Of a stretch of 64,000 nucleotides of DNA, positions 22,242 to 36,554 are shown piece after piece. The stretch is taken from the NCBI RefSeq assembly GCF_964213995.1, contig NC_135808.1, positions 12,834,001-12,898,000 of the forward strand. The letters are read 5' to 3'. The DNA comes from Mustelus asterias (Eukaryota). Within the stretch, counting starts at the first letter, position 1. Each line of letters begins with the position of its first letter. Under the pieces are notes generated by a model, which was given only the letters and a program-made list of their open reading frames with translations, was not told where the DNA came from and made no database searches. The position numbers and the translations under genes are program-made.

Positions 22242-25200
22242 TGGGCAGAATTTTCTCAAAGAAAGTGTCGAACAGGAGAGAAAACGGTAGGTTTTCTTGC
22301 TGGTTTTTTCAGTCAGGTAAGTAACATAAATTTATGGCACTCTGCAAAAACTGAGCCTTCATGCGATTCTCGCCAGTAGTTGCGGCTGGAGCCTCAGCTC
22401 ACCTGTGAAGTTCGCTGCTGAACGCATCGCACAGGAGCCTAATCTCCCAGTATACTGTGTACAGTCCCTCCCATGAACATCACTCCCCTTTCTTCCATTG
22501 CCACCCCAGGCATCGTCCCCACACCTGCCATCACTGCCCCAGACACCACACGGCCCCCCCTCACCCCCATTGCCATCCCTGCAGAGTTCCAACCATCCCC
22601 CCCCTCCCTCCCCGATCACCACCCTCACCAGTCAACCCCCCCAATTGCCACCCCTCATGATAAATCCCTTCCCTGCAAAGTTTCCAAATTTCCTCGCCCC
22701 TTCCACGACCTCCCGTCTGTTTGGCTCCCCCCCTTCTCAAGCTTGGGCCCTCAGGCCCCACCTCCACATGCCCCAGCTCTTTGGCACTGCCAGGCTGCCT
22801 GCTGGGCAGTGCCAGAGTGCCCAGTGGGCAGTACCAGGGTGCTGGCACTGCCCCATCGGCACCAACCACCTCTGCCCCCGACCACCTGGGGGCTTCAATG
22901 GCCTCTAGACCCATCAGCAAGGTCATCACGACTGGTCCCCCATTGGTGGGGACCATCTGTGATTCCCGCCAGTGAGGACATAAAACATAGAACATAGAAA
23001 AACTACAGCACAAACATTCCCTTCGGCCCACAAGTTGCGCCGGTCGTGTCCCTACCTACCTGGGATTATAAATAGACTTACCTATAACCCTCAATCCTAT
23101 TAGGTCCCATGTACTCATCCGGAAGCCTCTTAAAAGACCCTATCGAGTCTGCCTCCACCACCACTGACGGCAGCCGATTCCACTCACCCACCACCCTGAG
23201 TGAAAAACTTACCCCTGACATCTCCTCTGTACCTACTCCCCAGCATCTTAAACCTGTGTCCTCTCGTAGCAACCATTTCAACCCTGGGAAAAAGCCTCCG
23301 AGAGTCCACCCGATCTATACCTCTCAACATCTTGTAAACCTCTATCAGGTCACCTCTCATCCTTCGTCTCTCCAAGGAGAAAAGACCGAGCTCCCTCAAC
23401 CTATCCTCATAAGGCATGCCACCCAATCCAGGCAACATCCTTGTAAATCTCCTCTGCACCCTTTCTATGGCTTCTACATCCTTTCTGTAATGAGGCGACC
23501 AGAACTGGGCACAGTACTCCAGGTGGGGTCTGACAAGGGTCTTATAAAGCTGCATCATTATCCCGCGACTCCTAAACTCAATCCCTCGATTGATGAAGGC
23601 CAGCTCACCATACACCTTCTTAACCACCTCCTCCACCTGCGAGGCCGATTTAAGAGTCCTATGGACCCGGACCCCAAGGTCCTTCTGATCCTCTACACTG
23701 CTAAGAGTCTTACCCCTGATATTATACTCCTTCATCCCATTTGACCTGCCAAAATGGACCACTACACATTTATCCGGGTTGAAGTCCATCTGCCACTTCC
23801 CCGCCCAGTCTTGCATCCTATCTATGTCACTCTGCAGCTTCTGACATCCCTCCAAACTTTCCACAACACCACCAATCTTCGTGTCGTCAGCAAACTTGCC
23901 AACCCATCCCTCCACTTCCTCATCCAGGTCATTTATGAAGATGACAAACAGCAAGAGTCCCAGAACAGATCCCTGGGGCACTCTACTGGTGACCAACCTC
24001 CATTCAGAAAAAGACCCATCTACAACCACTCTCTGCCTTCTACAGGCAAGCCAGTTCTGGATCCACAAGGCAACAGCCCCTTGGATCCCATGCCCTCTCA
24101 CTTTCTCGAGAAGTCTTGCATGGGGGACCTTATCGAACGCCTTGCTGAAGTCCATGTAAACCACATCTACCGCTTTTCCTTCGTCAATGTGTTTCGTCAC
24201 ATTTTCAAAGAACTCCACCAGGCTCGTAAGGCACGATTTGCCTTTGACAAAGCCGTGCTGACTACTTTTGAGCAGACTAAACTTCTCGAAATGTTCATAA
24301 ATCCTGTCCCTCAGGATCTTCTCCATCAACTTACCAACCACTGAGGTTAGACCCACCGGTCGGTAATTTCCTGGGCTATCACTATTCCCTTTCTTGAATA
24401 TAGGAACCACATCCGCAATCCTCCAATCCTCCGGAACCTCTCCCATCTCCATCGACGACGCAAAGATCATTGCCAGAGGCTCTGCAATCTCTTCCCTCGC
24501 CTCCCACGGTAACCTGGGGTACATCCCATCCGGTCCTGGCGACTTATCTATCCTGATGCTATTCAAAATTTCCAACACATCCTCTTTCTTAACGTCCACA
24601 AACTCAATCTTTTCAGTCCGCCGCAATCCTGCAGTACAACCCCCAGGTCTTTTTCCACCGTGAATACCGAGGTAAAGTATTCGTTAAGCACCTCTGCTAT
24701 TTCTTCCGGTTCTGTACAGACTTTCTCACCTTCACATTTTATAGGTCCGATACCTTCACATCTCATCTTTTTACTCTTTACATATTTATAGAATGCCTTA
24801 GGGTTCTCCTTAATCTTACCTGCCAAGTCCTTCTCGTGACCGCTTCTGGCTCTCCTAATTTCCTTCTTAAGTCCCTTCCTACAAACCGTATACTCATTTA
24901 GATCCCTATCATTGCCTAGCTCTCTGAACCTTTTGTACGCTTTCCTTTTCTTTTTGACTAGGTTCAGCACAGCTTTCGTGCACCACAGTTCCCATAACCT
25001 ACCAAAACCTCCCTGTCTCATCGGAACATTGTCATTCAGAACTCTAGACAAACATTCCTTGAAAATCTGCCACCTTACTTCGGTACTTTTCCTCGAGAAT
25101 ACCTCCTTCCAATCACGCCTCTAATCTCCCGCCTGATGGCTTCATATTTCCCCTTACTCCAGATAAACACTTTCCTACCTTGCCTGATCCTATCTCTTTC

Positions 25201-26933
25201 CAATGCTAGCGTAAAGGAGATAGAGTTATGATCACTATCCCCAAGATGCTCCCCCACTGAGAGATCTGACACCTGTCCAGGCTCATTAGCCAGTACCAGA
25301 TCGAGTACAGCCTCTCCTCTTGTAGGCTTATCCACATGCTGTGTCAGGAAACCTTCCTGACCACACCTAACAAACTCCTCCCCATCCAGCCCCCTTATCC
25401 TAGGGATATTCCAATCGATGTTTGGGAAATTAAAGTCTCCCATCACGACAACCCTATTATCACTACATCTCTCCAGGATCTGTTTCCCTATCTGCTCCTC
25501 AACATCCCTGTTACTGTTGGGCGGCCTATAGAAAACACCTAGCAAAGTTATCGACCCCTTCCCACTCCGAACTTCCACCCACAGAGACTCCGTAGACAAT
25601 CACTCCACGGCGTCCACTTTCTCTACAGCTGTGACACTATCCCTGATCAGCAGTGCCACTTCCCCCCCCTCTTTTGCCTCCCTCTCTGTCCTTTCTGAAA
25701 CATCTGAAGCCCGGCACCTGAAGTATCCAGTCCTGTCCCTGTCCCCAAGTCTCCGTAATGGCCACCACATCACACTTCCAAGCATCGATCCACACTCTAA
25801 GCTCATCCACTTTATTCACTACACTCCTGGCGTTAAAATAGACATATCTCAGACATTTGGTCTGAGCGCTCCCCTTCTCCATCACCCATCTATTCTCCCT
25901 CTTACCCTATCTACAATCCTTCTCTATTTGCAGGCTACCCTCCTCGCTCTCAGTCACCTCACCTCGATTCCCTCCCCCCAACCTTTCTAGTTTAAAGTCT
26001 CCCCAGTAGTCTTTGCCAACCTTCCTGCCAGGATATTGGTCCCCCTGGGATTCAAGTGCCACCCGTCTTTTTTGTACAGGTCTAACCTGCCCCTAAAGAG
26101 GTCCCAGTGATCCAGGAACCTGAATCCCTGCCCCCTGCTCCAGTCCCTCAGCCACGCATTCATCCTCCACCTCACTCCATTCCTACTCTCACTTTCCTGT
26201 GGCACAGGCAGCAATCCCAAGATTACTACCTTTGCGTTCCTCCTTCTCAACTGTCTACCTAACTCCCTATATTCTCTTTTCATGACCCCTTCCCTCTTCA
26301 TACCTATGTCAGCGGTACCAATGTGTACCATGACCTCTGATTCCTCTCCCTCCCCCCTCAGGATTTCTGGGACGCGACCAGAGACATCCCGGATCCTGGC
26401 ACCAGGGAGGCAGACCACCATCCGAGACTCCCGTCTGCCTCCGCAAAAACGCCTGTCTGACCCCCTTACTGTTGAGTCCCAGATTAATACTGCCTTCCTC
26501 CTCCTTTCCTTTGCCCTCTGAGTTACAGGGCCGGACTCTGCTCCAGAGACACGGCCACTGCTGCTTCCCCCAGGTGGGCTGTCCCCCCCAGCAGTACTCA
26601 GACAGGAGTACTTATTGTGAAGGGGCACATCCACCGGGGTGCTCTCTATCACCCGAGCTTTCCCCTTCCTGGACGTTACCCACTTGTCTGCCTCCCGTGG
26701 CCCTGGTGTGACCACCTGCTGATAGCTCCTGTCTATCGCCTCCTCATTTTCCCTAACCAGACGAAGATCTTTAACCTTGTAAATCATGTCCTTAATTCTG
26801 AAATCAGCCTTGCGCCCTTTCTGGGATTTCGCCAGCAAAACAGTGCTGGCAAAATCACAAAAGGCACCCGATTTTTTGACTTTCGCTCTATCTTACCAGT
26901 GGTTTTGCGTGGCGAGCCGGGAAGATCACGCCC
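22242..26933. mobile_element. Related GC-rich non-autonomous repeat, interrupted by the CR1 at 22985-26765
   Basis: GGGCAGAATTTT start and GGAAGATCACGCCC end; shares GGCACTGCCAGG..GGTGC blocks with 15838-16820. Confidence 0.5.
22985..26765 (-). mobile_element. Near-full-length CR1 LINE: ORF1 (SGNH esterase) and frameshifted ORF2 (APE-RT)
   Basis: ORFs 25987-26838 (DSTVRG, HIGT, DGWHLN), 25637-25885, 25075-25599, 24563-25051 and 23184-24626 (PQGSVLG, FADD). Confidence 0.95.
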
Positions 26934-27039
26934 AGTGACTATGGAATTCTCCTCAGAATCCACCCAGAGGATTGTCAAATGAGAATTTCCGAACTCCACT
27001 CCCAAAAACATGCTTTAAAAATCTTCTCTCATAATAGTG

Positions 27040-27575
27040 TTTGCCCTTAGTGGTGGAGAGTATTCCATCACACTCCTGACTTGTACCTTGTCGATAGTGG
27101 TCAGGCTTTGGGAAGTCAGGGGGTGCGTCCAATTTCTGACCTCTGACCTGCTCTTGCAACCACAGTATCTATATGGCTGAGTCCAATTCAGTTTTATAAG
27201 AACATAAGAACTAGGAGCAGGAGTAGGCCATCTAGCCCCTTGAGCCTGCTCCGCCATTCAATAAGATCATGGCTGACCTTTTCATGGACTCAGCTCCACT
27301 CACCATAACCCTTAATTTCTGGTCAATGGTAACTCCAAGGATGTTGACAGTGGGGTTTCAGCAATAGTAATGCCATTGCAGTTAGATTCTTGTCGGAGAT
27401 GGTCATTGCCTGTGGCGTGAATATTATTTGCCACTTAGCAGCCCAAGTCTGGATATTGTCCAGGTCTTGCTGCATTTTGAACATGGACTGCTCGGTATCT
27501 GAGTAGCTGGGAATGCTGAAGAACATCCCCACTTCTGACCTTATGATGTAAGGTCAGTGATGGAGTAGCTGAATA
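27040..27575 (-). mobile_element. Degraded CR1/L2-group LINE with a CR1 tail inserted at 27196-27320
   Basis: MQQDLDNIQTWAAKWQ motif; (TTCTTATG)n CR1 tail. Confidence 0.6.
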
Positions 27576-27772
27576 TGGTTAGGCCCAATGGTAGTGAACG
27601 ATTAAGGAAATTCCACAAATATCCACATCCTTAAATGATGTCAGAACCCAGCATATCAGGGCAAAGACTTGTCACTGAACCAATGTTGCAGACTGGCACA
27701 TTCCAGAGGCCAGCATGCTGAGGAGTGCACTGAAGCTTGGGGCAATGGGGAGAGGACACTGTCACTTGACAG

Positions 27773-28085
27773 TGGCATGGTGGCACTGCTGCCTCACAGT
27801 GCCAGGGACCCGTGTTCAATTCCAGCCTTGGGTGACTGTCTATGTGGAATTTATATGTTCCCCCCATGTCTGCGTGGGTTTCCTCCAGGTGCTCCGGTTT
27901 TCTCTCATACTCAAAGATGAGAGGGTTAGGTTGACTGGCCATTGATAAATTGCCCCATAGTGTCAGCGAGATTAGCAGGGTAAATACGCTGGGTTATGGG
28001 GAGAGGGCCTGGGTGGGATTGTTGTTGGTGCAGGCTCGATGGGCCAAATATCCTCCTTCTGCACTGTAAGGATTCTATAATTCTA
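27773..28085 (+). mobile_element. HE1-type V-SINE
   Basis: Same consensus. Confidence 0.88.
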
Positions 28086-28264
28086 AGACTTTCAGTCACA
28101 GTGAACTGAGGGGAGTGGAAATGTATAGAAGCCCTCGGGCTGTATGACTCACATTGAATGTATTGGGTAAATATATCACAATTGTATTGAAGCACCTCAG
28201 AATGCAACTTGAACCATGTGGAAAACTCAAATATCATTACAATTTGTGTAATGATGATTTTGAA

Positions 28265-30093
28265 ATAGAGTCATAGAGGTTTACAGCATGGAAACAGGCC
28301 CTTTGGTCCAACTTGTCCATGCCGCCCTTTTCTTTATTTTTAAAACCCCTAAGCTAATCCCAATTGCCCGCATTTGGCCCATATCCCTCTGTACCCATTG
28401 TACCCATGTAACTATCTAACTGCTTTTTAAAAGATAAAATTGTACCCGCCTCTACTATTACCTCTGGCAGCTTGTTCCAAACACTCACCACCCTCTGTGA
28501 AAAAATTGCCCCCCTGGACACTTTTGTATCTCTCCCCTCTCACCTTAAACCTATGCCCTCTAGTTTTAGACTCCCCTACCTTTGCGAAAAGATATTGACT
28601 ATCTACCTTGTCTATGCCCCTCATTATCTTATAGACCTCTATAAGGTCACCCCTCAGCCTCCTACGCTCCAGAGAAAAAAGTCCCAGTCTATTCAGCCTC
28701 TCCTTATAACTCAATCCATCAAGTCCCGGTAGCATCCTAGTAAATCTTTTCTGCACTCTTTCTAGTTTAATAATATCCTTTCTATAATAGGGTGACCAGA
28801 ATTGCACACAGTATTCCAAGTGTGAGCTTACCAATGTCTTGTACAACTTCAACAAGATGTCCCAACTCCTGTATTCAATGTTCTGACCAATGAAACCAAG
28901 CATGCCGAATGCCTTCTTCACCACTCTGTCCACCTGTGACTCCACTTTCAAAGAGCTATGTACATGTACCCCTAGATTTCTTTGTTCTGTAACTCTCCCC
29001 AACGCCCTATCATTAACTGAGTAAGTCCTGCCCTGGTTCAATCTACCAAAATGCATCACCTCGCATTTGTCTAAATTAAACCCCATCTGCCTTTCGTCAG
29101 CCCACTGGCCCAATTGATCAAGATCCCATTGCAATTGGAGATAACTTTCTTCACTGTCCGCTATGCCACCAATCTTGGTGTCATCTGCACACTTACTAAT
29201 CATGCCTCCTATATTCTCATCCAAATCATTAATATAAATGACAAATAGCAGTGGGCCCAGCACTGATCCCTGAGGCACACCGCTGGTCACAGGCCTCCAA
29301 TTTGAAAACAACTCTCTACAACCACCCTCTGGCTTCTATCAAGAAGCCAATTTTGTATCCATTTAGATACCTCACCCTGGATCCCGTGAGATTTAACTTT
29401 ATGCAACAACCTGCCATGCGGTACCTTGTTAAAGGCCTTGCTAAAGTCCATTTAGACAACATCAACTGCACTGCCCTCATCTACCTTCTTGGTTACCCCT
29501 TCAAAAAACTCAATTAAATTTGTGAGACATGATTTTCCACTCACAAAGCCATGCTGACTGTCCCTAATCAGTCCTTGCATCTCTAAATGCCTGTAGATCC
29601 TGTCTCTCAAAATACTTTCCAACAATTTACCCACCACAGATGTGAGGCTCACTGGCCTGTAGTTCCCAGACTTTTCCCTGCAGCCCTTTTTAAACAAAGA
29701 CACAACATTTGCCACTCTCCAATCTTCAGGCACCTCACCCGTGACTATCGTGATTCAAAGATCTTGGCTAGGGGACCCGCAATTTCCTCCCTGGCCTCCC
29801 ACAACGTCCTGGGATATACTTCATCAGGTCCCGGGGATTTATCTACCTTGATGCGCTTTAAGACTTCGAGCACCTCCTTCTCTGTAATATGTACATTCCT
29901 CAAGACATCACTATTTATTTCCCCAAGTTCCCTAACATCCATGCTTTTCTCAACAGTAAATACTGATGAGAAATATTCATTTAGAATCTCACCCATCTCT
30001 TGTGGAACCGCACATAGATGACCTTGCTGATCCTTAAGAGGCCCTACTCTCTCCCTTGCTACTCTTTTGCCCTTTATGTATTTGTAGAAGCTC
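28265..30093 (-). mobile_element. 5'-truncated CR1 LINE
   Basis: ORFs 29745-30212, 29452-29733 and 28427-29311 (RT); CTATGACT tail. Confidence 0.95.
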
Positions 30094-31220
30094 TGCAATG
30101 TTTGTTCAGATATTTTAGGAATAAGGTATCTTTTGTAAACAAAAAAAATCTGAACAAATATTGAATTGGCCATATTTACAACTGCATCCAGTTGAGAATT
30201 GAAAGGTGTCACAGTTTTGAGTTGAGTATTTCATGTCTGGTTGAAATATACTGATTAATGTAGAAAGATAGAAAAGGGCTACTATAAGATTGGCAGACTC
30301 TGCTTGGGTTTTTAGATTCACTTTAAATCAATGGGGAGCAAGTCTGTTAGTAATTATAATGAGATGTTTTAAATACTTTGTAGTTTTAAAGGTACATATA
30401 AGACCTTTAATTATTCAAAACATATAAATATATCTTCTATACATTTTTCGAAATTAAACAAAGAAACTTTGGCGCACAGTTACAGTGTCCCTTTGATACC
30501 AAACATATGTTAGATACATTCCTTTAAAGCACCCAACTGTTGGAATCACAAGTCTATAAAGGAGACTTAATTGCTTCACCAGACACCTTATCAGAAACAA
30601 CTGGTACAAGAGTGAATTTTAATGAAGCTGCCTTCACAGTTTCTAATCAAAACAGGGTCAGAAAGACATTAATGACTTAGCTAATGAAAGAGTTATGGTC
30701 GGGGACTTCGTGGGAACTGACAAGGATTAATGGTAACATGATGATACCCCTTTTAATTGTCGATAGTGATAAAAAGCTGAGTCATTGAATTGATAAGCAA
30801 TATATACATGTGTTTCATTATGTTGGCAATAAACAAAAGTTGTCAGGGCTATAATCGGGGAATATCCTGAAGGCAAGTGGAGTTGACCACATGCCTCAGA
30901 GATTCAGGTAACTTCACTGACAAGGCCATAAAATACTGATGGCTTTTGTAGGCCCCCTTTATCAATTAAAGGATGCCCATGTGAGACTGTTTTAGTGAAA
31001 ATGCTTTGTGAGGCTGCTATCAAAAATAGAGACATGATATCTAACTAAGAGACTAGAGGATAGGCTTAGGGATGATATATTTGGGCATCCCACGAGGTAT
31101 CGTGATCTCATACATCAGGGTGGTTCTAAACAAAGAGTTTAACAGCACAACATAGCCCTGACTGCAACTGAAGCCTCATAGGGCAGGAATGTGCATCTGT
31201 ACTCTTGATTGGTCCAGGTA

Positions 31221-31281
31221 CATAGAACAGTACAGCACAGAACAGGCCCTTCGGCCCACGATGTTGTGCCGAGCTTTATCT
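31221..31281 (-). mobile_element. 60-bp CR1 3' terminus inside a possible degenerate LTR (about 31072-31361)
   Basis: Identical to the tail at 10714-10772. Confidence 0.75.
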
Positions 31282-31457
31282 ACGCATGCTCGCGCTCCAC
31301 TGGTTCCAGCCTGGTCACATGGCCACGAATGACCACCCATTAAAGGGACCACGCTATCACAGTATAAATGTACATAAGTTAAAATACAACCTCATAGGAA
31401 CATATAATTTATTTTTCCCATCTCAAGAACTTTAGCACTTACTTAGCCCCTCATCAA

Positions 31458-31605
31458 AGACGTGCCGGTTAGGTGCATTGGCCATGCTAAATTCTCCTTC
31501 AATGTACTCGAACAGGCACCAGAGTGTGGCAACTAGGTGATTTTCACAGTAATTTCGTTGCAGTGTTAATATAAGGCTACTTGTGACACTTATAAATAAA
31601 CTTAA
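31458..31605 (+). mobile_element. Tail-B V-SINE 3' half
   Basis: Tail B consensus. Confidence 0.8.
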
Positions 31606-31818
31606 AAACTTATTTGTTGGACTAACAAGAGAACACATCATCGCAACACTATTACTCTTGCCATATATAATTACCAACATCCAAAACATTTAATTACAAG
31701 TCTGCCTTTGCTGCGGTTTCGTTTGCCAAATGAAATGAGTAATACATGCTGAGTTGTTTACTTTAACACGGCCAATTAATTTCCTTACACTTTGATGGTT
31801 GTTACATCATTAGAACGG

Positions 31819-32375
31819 ACACGGGCTCCCGAGACTGCCCTTTCTGTGGCCTTGTGGAGTCCGTGGACCATGTCTACGTTCTGTGTTTTAGGCTGCACAC
31901 CCTTTTTGGTTTCCTCAAACACCTTTTACTGATGTTTTGTTTGCACTTCAGTCCCACGCTCCTGATCTACGGGCACCTGGTGCGGAGAAGGGCGGGTTGG
32001 GATGCCGACCTCCTCGTGAACCTGCTCCTGGGCCTGGCGAGACACGCCATCAATAGGTCCAGGCAGCGGGCGATCGATGGGGCTGTCCATCCCGACTGTC
32101 TGCCCCTCTACAGCGGCTACATTCGCGGCCAGGTGTCTCTGGAGAGGGAGTATGCAGTGTCCACGGGCGCGGTTGATGCCTTCCGCGACCGCTGGGCACC
32201 GCAGGGGCTGGGGTGTATTATCGACCCCGATAATCACCTTTTGGTTTGATGTTTTAAGTTTCCTTTCGACTTTGTTTTTGGTTCGGGCTGTTCCCCCTTT
32301 CTTTTGGGGAGCTGCCCCTTTTAATTTGTCCCTAAGTTAATTTGAGTTCGTTTACTTGATTGGTATCAAAAGAAA
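31819..32375 (+). mobile_element. Tx1-clade LINE 3' fragment
   Basis: CPFCGLVESVDHVYVLC zinc finger, C-terminal FRDRWAP, T-rich 3'UTR; 16-bp TSD TACATCATTAGAACGG at 31803-31818 and 32376-32391. Confidence 0.85.
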
Positions 32376-32939
32376 TACATCATTAGAACGGTCCCCAATC
32401 AATTCAAGAACTCTCTCCACTGTGACCTTCTCAAGGTCAACTAGGAATTCTGAATAATTGTCAGCCACACTCACATTCTGAGAATGAGCAATAACAAATT
32501 GCTCCTTGTGATCGCAATGTAACCAGTGATAGGCAAGAAATAATACCTTGCTCACAGGGCGGCATGGTTAGCACTGCTGTCTCACAGCACCTGGTTCAAT
32601 TCCAGCCTGGGTCACTGTCTGTGTGGAGTTTACACATTCTCCCTGTGTCTGTGTGGGTTTCCTCTGGGTGCTCCGGTTTCCTCCCACAGTCCAAAAATGT
32701 GTGGGTTGATTGGTCATGCTAAATTGCCCCTTAGTGTCACGGGATTAGCAAGGGAAATATCTGGGGTTATGGGGATAGACTGGGTGGGATTGTGGTTGGC
32801 ACAGACTCGATGGGCCGAATGACCTCCTCCTGCACTATAGGGATTCTATGATTTAACCATAAAAATACAGAAAGCTTTCCAATATAAAATTCATAAAAAT
32901 AAAGACTGACAAATGGAAAAGCATCATCGGAATTAAAGT

Positions 32940-33100
32940 CGGAAAATGCTGGAAAATCTCAGCAAGTCCGACAGCAGCTGTGGAGAGAGTTAACTTTGAG
33001 TCTGGTTGACTCTTTGTCAGAGCTCAAAACGCTAGTTCTGTCCTCTTGAGATTTCCAGCATTTCGGTTTCAGATTCCAACTTTCACAGTAATTTGCTTTT
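32940..33100. mobile_element. Degenerate Penelope-type pLTR remnant (second family)
   Basis: TGCTGGAAAATCTCA...TGAGATTTCCAGCA inverted ends and a decayed hammerhead core CTGACAAAGAGTC..GACTC on the minus strand. Confidence 0.5.
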
Positions 33101-33938
33101 ATCAAAATTAAAGTGTTCTTTTTGATTAACACATCACATTCAGTAAGGCTTCAACAATGAAACAAATGGCAACTTTTCCGATTAATTTTTGGTATGAACC
33201 AAAACTCTCGTTACGGCAGAACCTTCTCAGATCCAGCACTGCTGTCAGTGGTTTAATTGGAGAGGAGGGATTTTCCAGCCACGCTTGCCCCAAAGTTGGG
33301 TTCAATTCCAGCCTCGAGTAACTGTCTGTGTGGAGTTTACACATTGTCCACATGTCTGCGTGGGTTTCCTCTGGGTGCTCTGGTTTCCTTTCACAGTCCA
33401 AAGATGTGCGGGTTAGGCTGATTGGCCATGATAAATTGACCCTAGTGTCAGGGGATTAGCAGGGTAAATACCTGGGAATACAGGAATAGACTGGGTGGGA
33501 TTGTGGTTGGCGTAGAATCGATGGGCTGAATGACCTTCTGCACCAGCTAGTCCCCTGACACTAAGGGGCAATTTAGCATGGCCAATCAACCTAACCCGCA
33601 CACCTTTGACTGTGAGAGTATGTGTTTGAAATTGAATCCAGAGAAGGAAGTGGAATGATCAGAAGCGGAATTAAAAAGTGGTTAAGGAAGAGGTAGAAAT
33701 TGTGGATGAGATGAGCTTTGAAAGACCATGAGAGAAAATGGGAAAGCCTCAGGTCAGGAGGATTTTTACAAGAAAACTTTTGAGTTATAGTAAATATATA
33801 CATATAAAAAATAGGATAGGTTTTTAAATTAGGTTTTTGTATGTTTGTACTTATTGTGTGGAAGCGATCATTTTTTGAAATGGATTGGCTCAACACAATA
33901 AGGATGTTTCCCAAGGATTCCTTCAATACTCTTTGGAG

Positions 33939-34082
33939 TTAAATGTGTCCCATGGCTGAAAATGTTTGGGAAACGCAGATTTTGGGAAGTTCTTCGCCAG
34001 AAACAAGTTCTGCACCAGGAACCATAGTGCCAGATTCACGGCAGCTCTTCACTGCTGGATTTAAATGATGGGCCACCAGCTC
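33939..34082 (-). CDS. Gene B probable terminal exon (ELVAHHLNPAVKSCRESG...SAMGHI*)
   Basis: Very strong acceptor cctttttctcttttgttccgtag; phase 0 gives 47 codons plus TAA and matches the previous donor phase. Confidence 0.6.
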   Translation of the reverse strand, partial: ELVAHHLNPAVKSCRESGTMVPGAELVSGEELPKICVSQTFSAMGHI

Positions 34083-34579
34083 CTACGGAACAAAAGAGAA
34101 AAAGGTGTCAGGAACAGCTGAATAGAAGAGTCCCAGAAAACCCATTGCTGCAGTGAGTTTTCACCACGGTGAACAGATGTCTTCCTATTCAGACTCTCAC
34201 CTTGTCGCTTCAACAATCTCTATTTTTCTGACCCTTACTGTTTCCAGGCACGGTGGCACAGTGGTTAGTGCTGCTGCCTCACAGCGCTGGGGACCCAGGT
34301 TCAATTCCTGGTTTGGGTCACTGTCTGTGTGGAGTTTGCACATTCTCCCTGTGTCTGCGTGGGTTTCCTCCGGGTGGTCCGGTTTGCTCCCACAGTCCAA
34401 AGGTGTGCGGGTTCGGTGGATTGACCATGCTAAATTCCCACTTAGTGTCAGGGGACTAGCTGGGGTAAATGCATGGGGTTATGGGGATAGGGCCACAATA
34501 GGATTGTGGTTGGTGCAGACTTGATGGGCCGAATGGCCTCCTTTTGCACTGGAGGATTCTATGATTCTTTTCACTACAG

Positions 34580-35680
34580 ATATTCAATCCCATTAATCCT
34601 CCACTGCCCACCAGGATGGTACGAAAGGTTACTTTTCTCCTTCGACTGGAGAACCAACCAGTCCCCATCCGCCATCACCCTATCCCACCTGGTTGAGCTT
34701 GTTCTCACATCAATTACTTCTCATTCCAATCCACTCACTTCCTCCAAGGTGTGGATACTTGCATGGGTCCTAACCGTGCCTGCCTAGGGGCATTCCTTGT
34801 TGCAGTCCTACTCAGGCCCCCTTTCCTCACCTCTTTCTCTGGTACACTGATAAATGTACCAATGTCTCTCGCTGCTCTCACCTTGAACAGGAAGAGTTCA
34901 TTGGCTTTTTTTCCCCAATTTACACCTTTGTCTCACCTTCACATTGCCCATCAGTAACCCTTTCCTTTCCTTGGCTTCTCTGTGTCTGTTTCTGGAGATA
35001 GGCTATTAGCTAACATTCATCACAAGCCCATGGATTTTCACAGCTACTTTGACGACTTATGCTCACACCCAGGTTCCTGTCAGGAATCTATTCCACTCTC
35101 CCAGTTTCTCCATCTCTGTCACACCTGTTAAGAGCTAGGTCTTCTGATCTCTTCCCGAGTCTGTGTGGGTTTCGTGCGGGTGTTCCGATTTCTCCCCACA
35201 CTCCAAAGATGTGCAAGTTCAGTGGATTGGCCATGGTCAATTGTCCCTTAGAATCAGTAGTAGGGCAAATGCATCAGGTTATGGCAATAGGACATGGGTA
35301 GGATTGTTGTTGGTGCAGGTTTGATGGGCTGAATAGCCTCCTTATGCACAGTAGGGATTCTATGATCTGTCTTGCTTGTTCTCAACCGAGGATTCCCCTC
35401 AACATGTTTGACAGGGCTCTTCACGTGTTCGATCTATTTTGTGCACTTCTGCTCTCACCGTTTCTCCTCGCTCCCAGAAGCATGATATGGTTTCCTTACC
35501 CTCAGCTTCCACCCCTCCAGCCTTCTCCATTTCTGTCATCTCCAGTGTGTGGTGCCACCACTAAACAGATCTTTCTTTGCCCTCCCTATTCAGCATTCTG
35601 AAGGAAATGCTCCCTCCAAGACAACATAGTCCACTCTCAGTCACCTTCGACACCCATTCCCTTTCCGATGGCACTTTCCA
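34580..35680 (+). mobile_element. Degraded Penelope-like RT fragment, interrupted by a SINE piece
   Basis: Remnants resembling the GxxMG and YKPTDSHSYL motifs with many indels. Confidence 0.5.
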
Positions 35681-35704
35681 GTGAAAGGGTTAATAATCAC
35701 ACTT

Positions 35705-36020
35705 TAGAACATAGAACATAGAACAGTACAGCACAGAACAGGCCCTTCGGCCCACGATGTTGTGCCGAGCTTTATCTGAAACTAAGATCAAGCTATCCCA
35801 CTCCCTATCATCCTGGTGTGCTCCATGTGCCTATCCAATAACCGCTTAAATGTTCCTAAAGTGTCTGACTCCACTATCACTGCAGGCAGTCCATTCCACA
35901 CCCCAACCACTCTCTGCGTAAAGAACCTACCTCTGATATCCTTCCTGTATCTCCCACCACAAACCCGATAGTTATGCCCCCTTGTAATAGCTCCATCCAC
36001 CCGAGGAAATAGTCTTTGAA
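35705..36020 (-). mobile_element. CR1 3' fragment (young subfamily)
   Basis: ORF 35788-36000 and the same tail as 10708 and 36555. Confidence 0.92.
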
Positions 36021-36554
36021 AATCACATAAGCCGCAAGCTGCTAGACTGAGAAAACCACAGGTCTTGATTAAAGCAGACCCAGATAAGTATCAAGGGCCA
36101 TAATACTACACACAATTATGCACATTTACAGCTTTCAGCATCTGTTCGAACAAGAGACAATGGGACAGGGGAGTTGATGAACAACTGGTTAGAAAGATAT
36201 CTTCATAATTGTGTGGAAAGAAATACGTGCTTGGTGATATTACAATTCGGTAGGCGTGCACAAATTGTCATTGGCCAACTTTACCCTTAAGTTATGCATG
36301 GTGTAATTGATAGTTGTGAGTGGATATTGATATAGCTTCTGTGTAAATGTGCATCTTTGATTGGTCACAGAAGACAGAGGGTGGTAGTGGAAGGGTCTTT
36401 TTCCGGCTGGAGGCCTGTTACTAGTGGTGTTCCGCAGGGCTCTGTATTGGGACCTCTGCTGTTTGTGATTTATATAAACGATCTGGAAGAAGGTGTAACT
36501 GGGGTGATCAGTAAGTTTGCGGACGACACAAAATTGGCAGGACTTGCAGATAGT

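Larger units (their letters stand above)
32556..34567. mobile_element. V-SINEs at 32556-32852(+), 33295-33545(+), 33545-33615(-) and 34246-34567(+), interleaved with unique DNA
   Basis: Same consensus. Confidence 0.85.

Noticed and set aside
22359-23031. Pro- and Gly-rich ORFs (also 15870-16832)
   Set aside because: Result from C-rich low-complexity sequence in a non-autonomous repeat.
30480-31060. Possible LTR-like or exonic unique segment
   Set aside because: Could not define termini, a TSD or an open exon.
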